DNA of 64,000 nucleotides from positions 34,100,001 through 34,164,000 of the forward strand of contig OZ024746.1 in NCBI GenBank assembly GCA_964016885.1. Reading direction: 5' to 3'. How positions within the stretch are numbered: the first letter of the stretch is position 1; each line of letters begins with the position of its first letter. A model generated the notes under the pieces. It searched no databases, was not told the origin of the DNA, and worked only from the letters and a program-made list of their open reading frames with translations. Made by a program: the position numbers and the translations under genes. This DNA comes from Eledone cirrhosa. Its lineage: Eukaryota. Of this stretch, positions 43,106 through 55,860 are shown one piece after another.

Positions 43106-44760
43106 TGGTAGAACACTGCAAAGTAATATCCGTAGTGGTAGAGCACTCAGTCCAAGGGACCAGTTAGGTAGAAGTGGTTACACAACAGTTAGTTCACCAT
43201 ACCGAGAACAATTGTTTCACCTTGGCGGATCTTCAGCTCGGGATGGGCATGTTTATAGGAACAGGAAGGACAACCGTACCGACGTGCATGCGCAGAAACC
43301 AGGTCACAGGCAATACTAGACTGCGTGCGAGACGTGTAACGGAGATAACTGCGAAAGTTCGAAAAGTTTTTAGGTTGAAAATAAAATAAAACTACAAAGA
43401 ATCAGTCCGGAGCCTTGTAGTTATGTAATAGGTGTTTGGTGAGGTGTGGACAACGTGTGAAAAATTCACTTCTCGTGTTTAGGCAATCACTATTGCGTAA
43501 TTTCTTTAGAATAGTTATGCGTTCGTCAATACATAAGCCACGCGTCGGATTTCCCCTTGCGTATGATTTGGACTTAGTGATGGCTTTCCATTGGATGGAG
43601 TAGTCTGTACTTGAGTTCTTGAGGGACCATACGTGGCTCGCGAGTTTCGTCGATGAACGTCTGTCCGGGTATCTGAAGGTAGACTGGTGGTTCAGGAAAC
43701 GTTTCTTGAATCGGCCTTCCGCCATGCCCACATAGGATTTGACCTCCTGTTGGAAGTGACCACAGCCTCATAGATTACAGCAGGTGTGTTACATTGATGT
43801 TGAAGGGGGAAAGCTTAGGCTTACGGCAAGAGCCCCTGGAGGGCGTGTTGCTCCTAGGGCTGTTGGTGATGTGGGCCTTCATGTTCTTAGCACTGGAGTA
43901 TCCTAGTTTAACTTTGTGTCGGTTAAAGATGGGGCGGTATTTATGAACTATGGGGAAGTGTCTATATAAGAGGGGTAGACATGTTTTTCCTACATTGGTT
44001 TTAACGTTGAGTGAGAAGGGAGGAGAGAACCAGTTTGTCTATTGTTGCGCTTACTTTTCTTAATGGTGTTGTTGCTAGTGGGATAGTAAATGATAGGCTG
44101 TGAGAAGCCGCTGTTAGCTAACGCCGTGTTATAGTAGGGTGCCGCCCTGTCAAAGATAGCCTTATTAGAGGAGAGGTTTGAGATTCTAGTACTGATATTC
44201 TTTACGAAGTTTCTAAAAACAGTGGGAGGGTGGCATGAGTCCTTGTGTATGTAATTACATTTCTCGTTTAGCTTGTGGAAGGGTCTGTGGGTGTGAGTGT
44301 GAAGGTCTAAATTAATGTCTAATAAATCCACGCTAGAGAGGTTGGTGGCTATTGTTATCCTAAGGCCTAACTCATTGAAAGTAGAAGCTAAGTCTTTTTT
44401 AAACCGGTCGAGGTCGTGACCACTTTTATGGCTCGATAAAGTCAGTCCATCGTCACGGTATATTCCCGTGTGGAAGTCCGGGAATCTAACACGTAATATG
44501 TCTAAGATAAAAAGGCCAACCAAATCACATACATCAACATTGTCGAACGATCCCATGGAGACGTCGAACAGGTCTGAAGATGTAGACTTATTTGCCCAGG
44601 CTACTCCGTCGTTGAAGAGGAGGATTTTCCGGCAGTGAGCGATGATTTCCCTGTCTAAACCATCGACGGTGGTATAAGTGGTAGCGAAGTACAACGCATT
44701 GTTTAACAGGGTCTCTGAGATCGACGGTTAAAAATCGACAATGTCAAACTGTGTGAAGTC
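43105..44760 (-). mobile_element. Penelope-like element, Naiad-like; 5'-truncated RT plus GIY-YIG plus pLTR
   Basis: FDVSMGSFDNVDVCDLVGLFIL, GIYRDDGL, SCHPP, VIYEA...YVGMAEGRFKKRFLNH, LNTRSEFFTRCPH; flanked by (TA)n on both sides. Confidence 0.9.
43202..43241 (-). ncRNA. Minimal type-I hammerhead ribozyme in the Naiad-like pLTR
   Basis: CCGAG-CTGAAGA-T.CC(GCCAA)GG.T-GAAA-CAATTG-TT-CTCGG. Confidence 0.88.
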
Positions 44761-44761
44761 A

Positions 44762-44827
<66 letters not shown>

Positions 44828-45411
44828 GGAAATGTATGAATATATATTTATATATATATATATTCCTACATAAACCCACACCTATATATATATATATATA
44901 TATGGGTGGTGTATAAGTGGAGAGAAAGATGAGGTATAGAGAGGTATATTTGTCGGGAAGTTGAGTAAACGGAACAATGAAATGATACACATGGCAATGT
45001 ATAGTGAAATGGAAATGGTGAGTATATAAAGAAAGATAAGGAGTGTTATATATATATGTATGTGTGTCTTTGTTTTTATTTACGTATATATAAGTGCGTA
45101 TGTATGTATGAACTCAATATACATTTATAATATCCGTTAACGATTTATCCGAATACAGGCGCAGATATACACCCACAAGTGCGCGAGGCACGCACACACA
45201 GCATTCACACTCACACATACACACATTTATACATATTTGAGATTTGGGATTTGTGTGATTGAATACCTATGTAAGATTGTGTATGGCTGCGTGTTCTCTG
45301 CGAAGATATCGTAATGGAATATACATCCAGGCAAGTAATTTAACACACCCGAAGACAAACGCAAGCACATACACCTACTACTACTACTATTACTACTACT
45401 ACTACACACAT

Positions 45412-45502
<91 letters not shown>

Positions 45503-45512
45503 ATACATATAT

Positions 45513-45546
<34 letters not shown>

Positions 45547-46310
45547 TCACAGTGACACACACACGCTCAACGTACATATGCATAAATACATTCATATATT
45601 AATGCATACTTATTTACAGAGGAATGTACACATATGATAACTCAGCATGGTTATTAAATACTAGATTCGACATTCCGTTGGCATTAGATATTGGATATTC
45701 ACATCTCAAGAAAAACACATTGCATCTAATAGAAAATTCTCGCAAAACTATAAGAAACCTTTTATTAAGCCATCATATAGATCATATTTTTCAGCTGAAA
45801 CGGTGATTATTTAAGTTAGCGAGAAGAAATGTTGTCATTTCCTTTAAACATAATGCTAGGGTACTTGAGGAAAACCAAAATCCTTTCAGCAATGTGCAAA
45901 AGGGCCATTAATCTTGCAATATACTCTAAACACGATCGTTCTGAACAGCTACGCGGAAAATGTTTAATATGTACGTGCGTTAGGTACGTGTGAGTGTGTG
46001 TATATATTCGTGTTTATAGAGAGGGTGGAGTTATTTTAGAATGCTAAATTATGTTATCTAATGTTATGTATGTTAAGCGTATGAGAATAAATATATGAGA
46101 TAAACTAATGGTAAATAGAGTATTGCTAATGTAAGAAAATATATCCAAATGATGAACTTTGTATTTCCTTTTCTAAAATATAATGCCAAAACAGCAAATA
46201 CATGTAGATTTCTCTCTTTCTCTCTTTCTCCCTTTCTCTCTTTCAATTTACCTCTTCTCTGTTTATCTCTCACTATGTCTCGCTACATAACTAACTTTCT
46301 CTGACTCTCT

Positions 46311-46785
<475 letters not shown>

Positions 46786-46801
46786 TGAGCAATAGGTAAC
46801 A

Positions 46802-47001
46802 NNNNNNNNNNNNNNNNNNNNNNNNNNNNNNNNNNNNNNNNNNNNNNNNNNNNNNNNNNNNNNNNNNNNNNNNNNNNNNNNNNNNNNNNNNNNNNNNNNN
46901 NNNNNNNNNNNNNNNNNNNNNNNNNNNNNNNNNNNNNNNNNNNNNNNNNNNNNNNNNNNNNNNNNNNNNNNNNNNNNNNNNNNNNNNNNNNNNNNNNNNN
47001 N
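46802..47001. other. Assembly gap (200 N)
   Basis: Run of N. Confidence 1.
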
Positions 47002-47174
47002 TATATATATGTGTGTGTGTGGGGGGGGGGGGGGTGCGTGTGCGTGTGTGTGTGTATTTGAAACATATATACCTACACATACCTGTGCGGATACACTAAA
47101 TATATAGTGTATATTAGTAAATTACTGGCGTGATATATGATGGTCTATATCGCATATATCTATCTATCTATCTA

Positions 47175-47680
47175 TTCCTTTGTCAGTGTTGAACAAACGA
47201 GCAACGATGGTTGCTAGACACTACGGCTTAATACGGGATGTTTGTTTACAAACACACCGAGCATTATAATAAAGGTTCGGTGAATCCATACGTACATATA
47301 TATATGTGTGAATGTATGTATATATACATACTACTGTACGTCTGTATACATATATGTATGTACGTGTACATACTTATATTTAAGTAACAGCCGTACTAAG
47401 AGTGGGAAATGAAATTTCGTTTCATTTTTTCCGTTTATCGTTTTCGGTGCACCCGGCCGAAGAACCCACTCGATATGCAAATTGGGCTACTCAGCCGTTA
47501 ATATGCATAAGGTAAGTATATACGTTCAACAATCTAGCAGGAATGTATACGTTGCTGACGATAGCTAATAAGCTTGAAACTAGTACAGCGTTCCTTTGTC
47601 AGTGTTGAACAAACGAGCAACGATGTGAATGTATGTATATATACATACTACTGTACGTCTGTATACATATATGTATGTAC

Positions 47681-47690
<10 letters not shown>
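47175..47690 (+). mobile_element. 416-bp unit plus partial tandem copy with a hammerhead at the junction (retrozyme-like or tandem pLTR)
   Basis: 47175-47209 repeats at 47591-47625; 47308-47372 repeats at ~47625-47690. Confidence 0.75.
47549..47591 (+). ncRNA. Minimal type-I hammerhead ribozyme
   Basis: ACGTTG-CTGACGA-T.AGCT(AATA)AGCT.T-GAAA-CTAG-TA-CAGCGT. Confidence 0.88.
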
Positions 47691-47751
<61 letters not shown>

Positions 47752-47995
47752 ATATACATATATATATTTATAAAACCATATTTATTTCATTATACATATT
47801 ATATTTTATCTGATGAAAGCGCAACATAATTTAACTTGGTGTCCATGAAATATGTATAATGAAATAAATATGGTTTTATAAATATAGTTTCCATTTGTTA
47901 ATATATCGTATTTTTACTCCAATAATTTGTTGAGTGCTTTATATCAGTTATAAATATATTTGCTTGTTGTATCTCAACAATTTAAATAGAACTTC

Positions 47996-48033
<38 letters not shown>

Positions 48034-48042
48034 TAGTATAAA

Positions 48043-48320
48043 GAAAACGAAAAATCAGTGATGCATCTGGACTTAATTTATTGCGTGTTACAATTGTTTG
48101 CATCAAACGAAATACCCGAGTTTGAAAGAACCTGCAGAAGTAGAATCAACCGGATCCATACAAGGACCATGTCTCGAACTACCTGCCGGCGAAACAATTG
48201 TAACACTAATCAACTCTGCCGGCGAATCAATTGTAACAAGAAGTAGAATCAACTCTGCTGAATATCGAGTGCTAATTTTGGCATACCGTCTATGGAAGCA
48301 CCATAGCTACCATTATACAC

Positions 48321-48374
<54 letters not shown>

Positions 48375-48800
48375 CAGCATTATTATTAAAAGACTTGAAT
48401 ATCTGAAACTACTTCGCTTTTCCTATATGTGTATATATAATAAAAAAACGAAAAATCAGTGATGCATCTGGACTCAGTTTATTGCGTTATAATTGTTTCG
48501 CCGGCAGGTAGCTCGAGACATGATCACTGTAAGGATTTGGCTGATTCTACGGCCGCAGGTTCCTTCGGACACATGGAATTCGTACGGAGCAAATTTTCTC
48601 ACTGGGGTGTTATGGTAAAAAAAGACCTTCAAAAAACATATTCCGCCCTTGCCATGCCATTGGCTGTTGTTTTTCTACTTCATCATACGTTCTGGTCACT
48701 ATTTACTGCTACACTGGTCATCAGCCATTTTTCGTCCGACACACTGCACTGGAGCCATACTGGGTTTGGTATCTCACACGTCTGTTCACATTCCCGAGTA
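48043..48800. mobile_element. Cluster of long-stem-II HHR family fragments in both orientations
   Basis: Plus copy 48118-48206 (core TTGAAAGA), minus copy 48484-48572 (core CCGAAGGA), inverted 3' piece 48043-48100. Confidence 0.75.
48374..48423 (+). mobile_element. 3' fragment of the 14-15 kb pLTR family
   Basis: acagcattattattaaaagacttgaatatctgaaactacttcgcttttcc matches 14001-14050 on the minus strand. Confidence 0.85.
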
Positions 48801-48991
48801 TGTACCCACATATACACACATACACATACACACGCGCATACACACACACACACATCCACACGCGCATATATTGTTATACTTGGGGAGGGTAATATTGTTA
48901 TGAATTGCCAGAATTATAATAACAGGAGGAAACATAATAGCACCACTGACAATGTTGCACATGTGCAACGAAAGAACTGTATTCGACTGTA

Positions 48992-49920
48992 TTACCGCCT
49001 CCGTTTCCGATTCTTCTGTCGCTTTTCTAGATATCTCTCTATCTATTAATCACTCTCACCACACCCTCTCTATTCTTCATTAAACCAACAGACTCCCAAT
49101 CTTACCACGACTTCACCTCGTCCCATCCAACCCACACCAAACACTCCATACCCTATACCCAATTCCTCCGTCTTCGTCGACTCTGTAGCCAGGACGACGA
49201 CTTCGGAACCCATTCCCTTCGCATGGCCTAATTCTTCATCCAGCGTCGAACACCCCCCCCCCCCCGTTCATCCGACCTTGTGAAATAGACCGCACCACAG
49301 CCCCCTCACCTCACCCGCACTCTCCCAACACCCGTGTTCCGTTCTCTCTCACCTACCACCCCATCACCCTACCACTCCGGCGACATATCCTCCGTTTCTT
49401 CCGTATCCTCTCTTCTGACCCCGTCTCTTCTCGCTTTTTTCCAAACCCACCCATTAGTGCTTTTAAGCGTGCCCGCAACCTCCGTGACCTCCTGGTTCGC
49501 AGTTCCTTTTCGTCCTCTCCCACGACTCCACCCGGCTCTCATCCTTGTTCCCTTTCCCGCTGTTACACTTGTCCCTTTATTTCCACCCTGACCACTCTTA
49601 CAGGCCCTAACGGTTTTTCCGTATCCGCCATTCCTTCACTTGCACATCCACCCACGCTGTCTATGCCCTCCGGTGTTCCCTTTGCGTGTCTTTATATATC
49701 GGACAAACGGGATGCAGTATGGCGGACCGTTTTGACGAACATTTGAGGTTTGATTACTCCTGTCACCCGTCATTTCTGTTCTCCTGGTCATTCTTCCTCA
49801 CATGTTTCAGTCCAGGGTGTGCTTTTACATCATGAATCACGGCCTCACGCACCAGGTCTGAACAAAGTATGATTCAACGCCTTGGGTACTATTTCCATCT
49901 TGGACTCAACTCAACTCCCC
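48992..49920 (+). mobile_element. 5'-truncated PLE (Neptune-like): thumb, CCHH region and GIY-YIG
   Basis: VAFLDI, KPTDSQSY...SSHP.HTKHSIPYTQFLRLRRLCS, AFKRARNLRDLLVRS, C...RCYTC, FTCTSTHAVYALRCSLC...YIGQTG. Confidence 0.9.
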
Positions 49921-50132
49921 AATTGTTTCTGTTTTTGTTTCTGACTCTGGATTCGCAAGTTCCTCAGATGCGTCTAGTGATTTCGAAGCAAATTCTCTTT
50001 CTTCTTAGCTTCGTACTGACGTATAATAACACCCCACACCCACATACACACATACACACATACACACACACACACAAACACATGCTTACGCACGTGCTCA
50101 ATTATAGCTCTTTTTACAAAACGGTTTTTTAG

Positions 50133-50373
50133 AGAAAGAGAATTTGCTTCGAAATCACTAGACCTATCTGAGGAACTTGCGAATCCAGAGTCAGGTTCGA
50201 TCCAGTAACAGATCACACCTCGAACTGTTCGCCATAAAAACAATTGTAATACGTAATAAATTTAGTTCCGATGCATCACTGATTCTTCGTTTTCCATTTA
50301 ACCATACCCATCTCCGTAGGAGCATAGAGTGCTCAACCGACATACCTCCTATGGACGATTCCATGCAACCATA

Positions 50374-50376
<3 letters not shown>
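50133..50376 (+). mobile_element. pLTR of the long-stem-II HHR family downstream of the PLE ORF
   Basis: ACCTAT-CTGAGGA-[62 nt]-AAAA-CAATTG-TA-ATACGT (50162-50254, G12 mutated to A), AATAAA, 3' hairpin, then (TA)n. Confidence 0.8.
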
Positions 50377-50433
<57 letters not shown>

Positions 50434-51119
50434 TGCTTAAGAAGAGACCCCATGGTTTTATTCTGGTTACATTTAAATCTAGTTGTTTGAAGTACGCGGC
50501 TTTGATGTTTAGTTAGCTCCTAATACTTAGTGATGCGGCAAACATGAGATTACTACATATACGCACTGGATTAAAGCGTCCATTTTCAATCATGATCCTT
50601 TTGTTTTATTCATGTGTAGTATTATTGTAAAAAAACATGGCAAGTTAATAATCCTGTTATGCTTCTTTAAGATAATAATACGGAACATCAACAGATATTT
50701 TTGTTGTAATATTATTGTATCTATATATTTAATTATTATCGTCCTTAATTTCTTGTCTCCATGTGTGTGTGTGCGTGTGTGTGTGTGCGTGTGTGTGTAC
50801 GTGTGCGTATGTGTTTGATTGTATGTGTGCTGACGAATGTATGTATGTGAATGCGTGTCTGTGCTTATGAGCACGTATGTGTGTTTGATTGACATTATGT
50901 GTGTGTGTATATATGAATCTGTACCTGTTCACACCCGTATTCATAGTTTGGTCTATATGTGCGTTTCAACAAATCGTCGATACGAATTTGTTTGTGTAGC
51001 GATTTGGGTTTAACTTCGTCTGAGTTATGTATGATTTTATGTGTGATGATATATATATGTATATACATATATATGTATATACAGAGACGGATAGAGAGAG
51101 AGAAAGAAAGAAAGAGACC

Positions 51120-51170
<51 letters not shown>

Positions 51171-52559
51171 TGCGTGCGCATGTGTGTGTGTGTAGCGAAT
51201 ACGGTGATTTTACATATCACACTACACTTCTTTCTCACTAAAAACGTGACGTAGCTTTTATGAATTTATCTATTCGATTTTCCTCTCCGGTACACTTAGG
51301 AAAGAAACTAAATAAGCATATAAATATTGCTTCTGACTTAATTTGTTCGTGATTGAATTTAAATCTTTAGACATTTTTCTTGCCAATTTTTTTTTTGCTG
51401 TTATTAATAATCACTGTAGTTGAAAGAAATCATCCTCTGCAGATTTTCATATCAAATCCTACATGAAGGCAGGAAAGACTCAAAATCTATCATGTGGTAA
51501 AACAACAAGAATTTGTTAGTATTTTTCGTTGCTATTTTATTTATTCAAAGTTGACTGTCAAACTATTAGTAGTAAAATATTGTTAATCCATGTCAGACAT
51601 TGCTATCGAAAGCAGCTATCCTTCTGAATAATTTAGGCTCATCATCAATTTTAATGACATAAACGTATCGCAACAAACCATAATTAGCGTAACAGGTCAA
51701 GCTTCTGCCTTCTACTGGTACCATGTAAAACAGTACAATCTGTTTCATTGTTAAGTGGTCTTCCCTGCGAGACACTCGTCAGATAAAATGGGTAAGCGGA
51801 AGCTTACACACACAAGAGCAATTAAAAGGCGGATGACCCATTCAAATTTACCAGGCCAACTTTGGGAAAAATAGCCTCAACAACCTAAAAATGACCAAAG
51901 GTAGCGAATACGGCTAAACACATTATATGACCAAAACGAAACAGAAAGTGGTGGAGATCAACCAGGGAGGGGTTTCCACTACGGAAATTAGAAGAAGCTG
52001 AATTTGTTTATATTGGAACAATTTTAAATATTTCAATAAATTAACGATAAATTCAAATTGGCATAACTCATATATGGAATTTTGAACTTTAGTATATATT
52101 TTAATCTCTATTAATATGATCTCTTAGCTTTGCACTGCGTGATTGATTAAAGGACCTGCAAATTGTCGAGGAAAAATTGAACCATTTCATAAACAATGCG
52201 TATCACTAATATATTCGCGAGCAATAGTTTATCTAGAAGTTACAGGTCAGTTCTGATCTTAAGAAATGGAATCTATAATAGATGTGTTGTCTCATTTTAC
52301 AATTTCAAAATGATGCCTTAAGTAGAAAGGCTTCTGCATGCGTTCACATAAAAGCAACAGCGTAAAAATGTAATTTTCACATGGTAACACCGAAGTTCAA
52401 ATAATAAATGGATTATGAATATTGATCTGCAATTTGTGAAGAAATATGCTCCACTACAGTTGTGTACGACCATACACGATGTATACACACACACATGCAC
52501 GCACACATACAATTATATATATATATATGTATATATATATAATTCATAGTATATATATA

Positions 52560-52595
<36 letters not shown>

Positions 52596-54149
52596 GAGAA
52601 TTCAAAATACGGCTAGAAACCATACAACGTTGGACGTTGCATCAAATTTTGGAGGCCTAAGTATCAACGTGAAGAAAATGAGAATTTAATTGTGGATCGC
52701 TGGTTCAAATAAATCAAAGGAGTCCACGTTTCACTAAATGAATAATTTTAACAGGCTACATCTGTACAGAGTTCAGGCCATGGTTTATATTTCTCTATTT
52801 CATTGTCGTGTTATATACCACAGACTACATTGAGTCTTAATAAATTCAGGGATAGATATCATTTCCTTTTTGTCAATCCAAAAAGAAGTCAATAGTTATA
52901 AACAATTATACACGTAAATAATTCTATAAAAGCAAACGTAACTATCCTCTAGATAAGTTTCATATTTAAAAAGTTAGAATAGAAGTTTATTACGATAATG
53001 TCCACAGTTCTTGGCTGTATTTCATACAAGCTTTGAATGTTACAGCAGTTCTGAGTGTTACAGAATCTAACCTACACAGGCTTTTTTCGCAAACGACCAA
53101 CATTATTCAATATATTCATCAGCTTCACCATTGTAAATTAATATCTCTTGCAAATGGATATTCGGATTACGAATCTCTAGCATTCAATTTCAGTTATCAT
53201 AAAAGACAAATGGTATATGGGGGGAAAGAGTCATTATTTTAAAGCTTCGTGTTGTAATACATCAGATATGAGGAACGAATATATTTAGCAATAACATTTT
53301 CAAGTATTGCATGAGAAACCGGGAAATAATCATTCAACATAATCTATTTAATCAACACATCGCTAGGCTGTCGAAGCAAAGTGACATTTTCTAAGCTTCT
53401 GATCTTTATACAAGCCGTTTTACACCGTTTAATTAATCAATAGATCCAAAGAGGCTTTTGAATGACAGTAGAATGTTATGGAATTGGTCTAGCCTCTCTG
53501 GATATTAATGAAAGTTAGGTGTGTTGTAATATATTTGGTGAAGAATGATTTAAATCTTTCATACATTCTGACTTACTATATATATATAGCTTTTACAGGA
53601 CGAGAAGCGTTGTATTCAAAAGTTCTGTAGATACCATTTCTATATTAAATTTGATGTTTACACTCTACCAATGAATTGAGTACCTTACTTACTCTACTCG
53701 GGACTCACACACACACACACAAGAAATGGAAGTTACTTAACAAACTGTAATGATGTAGTATAAAATGTTTGTGTGCATTTGTTAGTGTATTGCTGGCGGG
53801 AGTACATGGCAAAACGGAATTATATTTACAATATTCATAAATGCCGGAAAATATCAATCGAGATGTTTGACTGCAAAATTTGATAAATGTGCTTGTACAG
53901 AGGATGATTTAACAATCCGGTGACACGTTTGTGTAGAAATGTGAATTGCCGTTGATGGCCTAATGGTCGTTGAGTTAAAAGATTCCTTTTTACACCAACA
54001 AGCGTGAAACTAACTATACAATGTGTTATTGTGTATCTCTATACGCCTTGAAACATACATATAATTACACACATACACATACACACACACACAGACACAC
54101 ACCTGTAGCCCCTCACCCCCCCCCCCCCCCACACATATATATATATACA

Positions 54150-54683
54150 TGTCACCACAGTGCCGGCCGTCTTCCACGCCATGCTGCCCTCAACGAGGTC
54201 ATAAAGCATCGCTTTGTCGCTGCATGCTTCCCTCTCCAGCTCAAGCCAGTGCCGCTGGACCGAGGGGACGGCAAAAGGCCAGATGGCATGACCATCTTCA
54301 CGTTCTGCGGTGGCAAACCCCTCCTTTGGGATACCACTTGCACCGACATTTTCTGCAGCCCCAAACTGGTGCAGTCTGCGACTGACCCAGGTTCTGGTGC
54401 ACGTCGGGCTGAGGAGGCCAAACTCCTCAAATACCGGTCGCTCTCCGAGATGTTTGCGGTTATACCCTTGCTAGTGGAAACTTCTGGTGTCCTCAGCCCT
54501 ACGGCTACCTCACTACTCACCAACATAGGCGCTGAACTGGCCAGCCGCAGGTGTGAGCCCCGCGAGTTGGAGTGTCTTTTCCAGCCCGCCTCCCTTGCCA
54601 TCCTCCAAGGAAACGCCTTCTCCATTATGTCCGCCCTGGCTGAGGGGACACAAGCCGATAATATTACAAATTCTGTTGAATAA
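54150..54683 (+). mobile_element. 3' fragment of a CRE-like non-LTR retrotransposon (restriction-like endonuclease)
   Basis: RHAALNEVI, LDRGDGKRPDG, WDTT, AEEAKLLKY, PLLVETSG, SLAILQGNA; 5'-truncated at (TA)n. Confidence 0.85.
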
Positions 54684-54763
54684 TCTTAAATATTGTGTAG
54701 TCACCGACTTTTATATAGTTGACATTTACTAAAGAAGATAATTAGGTATGTATTCATATACGC

Positions 54764-54836
<73 letters not shown>

Positions 54837-55232
54837 GTGTGTGTGTGTGTTTAAAACCGGCAAGTTTAGGCAAGTTTAAGAAAATGAATTTGATTTGTAT
54901 ATTAGTTATTCTAATGCATACTAAATGCATTTTAACATTTGAAAGCTTTCCTTTGTACGCACCCAACATTTGTTTGCATCTTCGATTTGCTAAGTCCACT
55001 AAACTTTCCACTAATTCTAGTAACCTTTGCAATATTCCAGGATCAATTATATCACGTTTATCACGATTATAGAAAATATTCTGAAATCTATTGTCAGACG
55101 AAAAGAGTTACAATCATGTTACACGTTGATATTTATATATACTTGAATCTACAGTAAGTGCTATTTGTTTTCATATACGATGATTGAATTAACTCACATA
55201 CTTTTATGGAATTTTAAGGTAGCCATATGCTT

Positions 55233-55860
55233 TGTCACGGGCGATGACGAGGGCGTCTTGTAGTTAGCTTAGTTTACAACGCACGGGCCGGGATTTTCTT
55301 AGGATTTCCCGGCCACCCGTCACAGGGCGAGTGACGGAGCTTTAGATTAGTTAGTTTAGACTAGTTTACGGACGCAGGGCTAGGCCTCTTAAAGCAGCCG
55401 TCGGCTCCGCGATTCGTTTAGATTAGTTCGAAGACGCACTGTTTTGGTGTGGATGCCTTCGGGCAGAGTGTGCCTTTTTACCAGTCCTTCACGGATTAGC
55501 GTGAAACGCCTTTGCAATTTTGATTATTTGGTGTCTCGGGCTGGTGAACGGTACATCTCGCCGTGGAGGGCGATCGCCCGTTGGCCTCCTTCCTGGCTCC
55601 ACCTTGACGTGGCAAGAAGGCTTAAACCGAGGAGGTCAGACCATTCGAGAAGACTTCCCCGGTGACTAAGCGAGCCGAAATTAAACGTAATGCGTCGTTA
55701 CTGGTACGAGCGTCGTGTTTACTTTTTTCTTTGTATCGAGTGGCGGCCTTCTAAGGTCGGAGAGCCGCCCAACTATTGACCCGACCGGAAACAGGTCCGC
55801 TCCCGCCCGAAACTCCGATAATCGAGCGGTGGCGGTGGCGGAAATCTTTCGTATATTCTA
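55233..55860 (+). mobile_element. Possible LTR retrotransposon solo LTR, 3' end undefined
   Basis: Abrupt CpG-rich island starting TGTCACGG, with internal repeats (ttagtttac, ttagattagtt); no TSD seen. Confidence 0.45.

Noticed and set aside
43105-43990. Selenoprotein-type Naiad (UGA at conserved Cys plus SECIS)
   Set aside because: Cys positions read TGC/TGT or point mutants (GGC, TCC, CGT), not TGA; no pairing SECIS-like hairpin seen near the HHR
51725-51790. Minus-strand CTGACGA...GAAA-CAGATTG-TA hammerhead-like string
   Set aside because: Stem I strands (tttat versus ctgtt) do not pair
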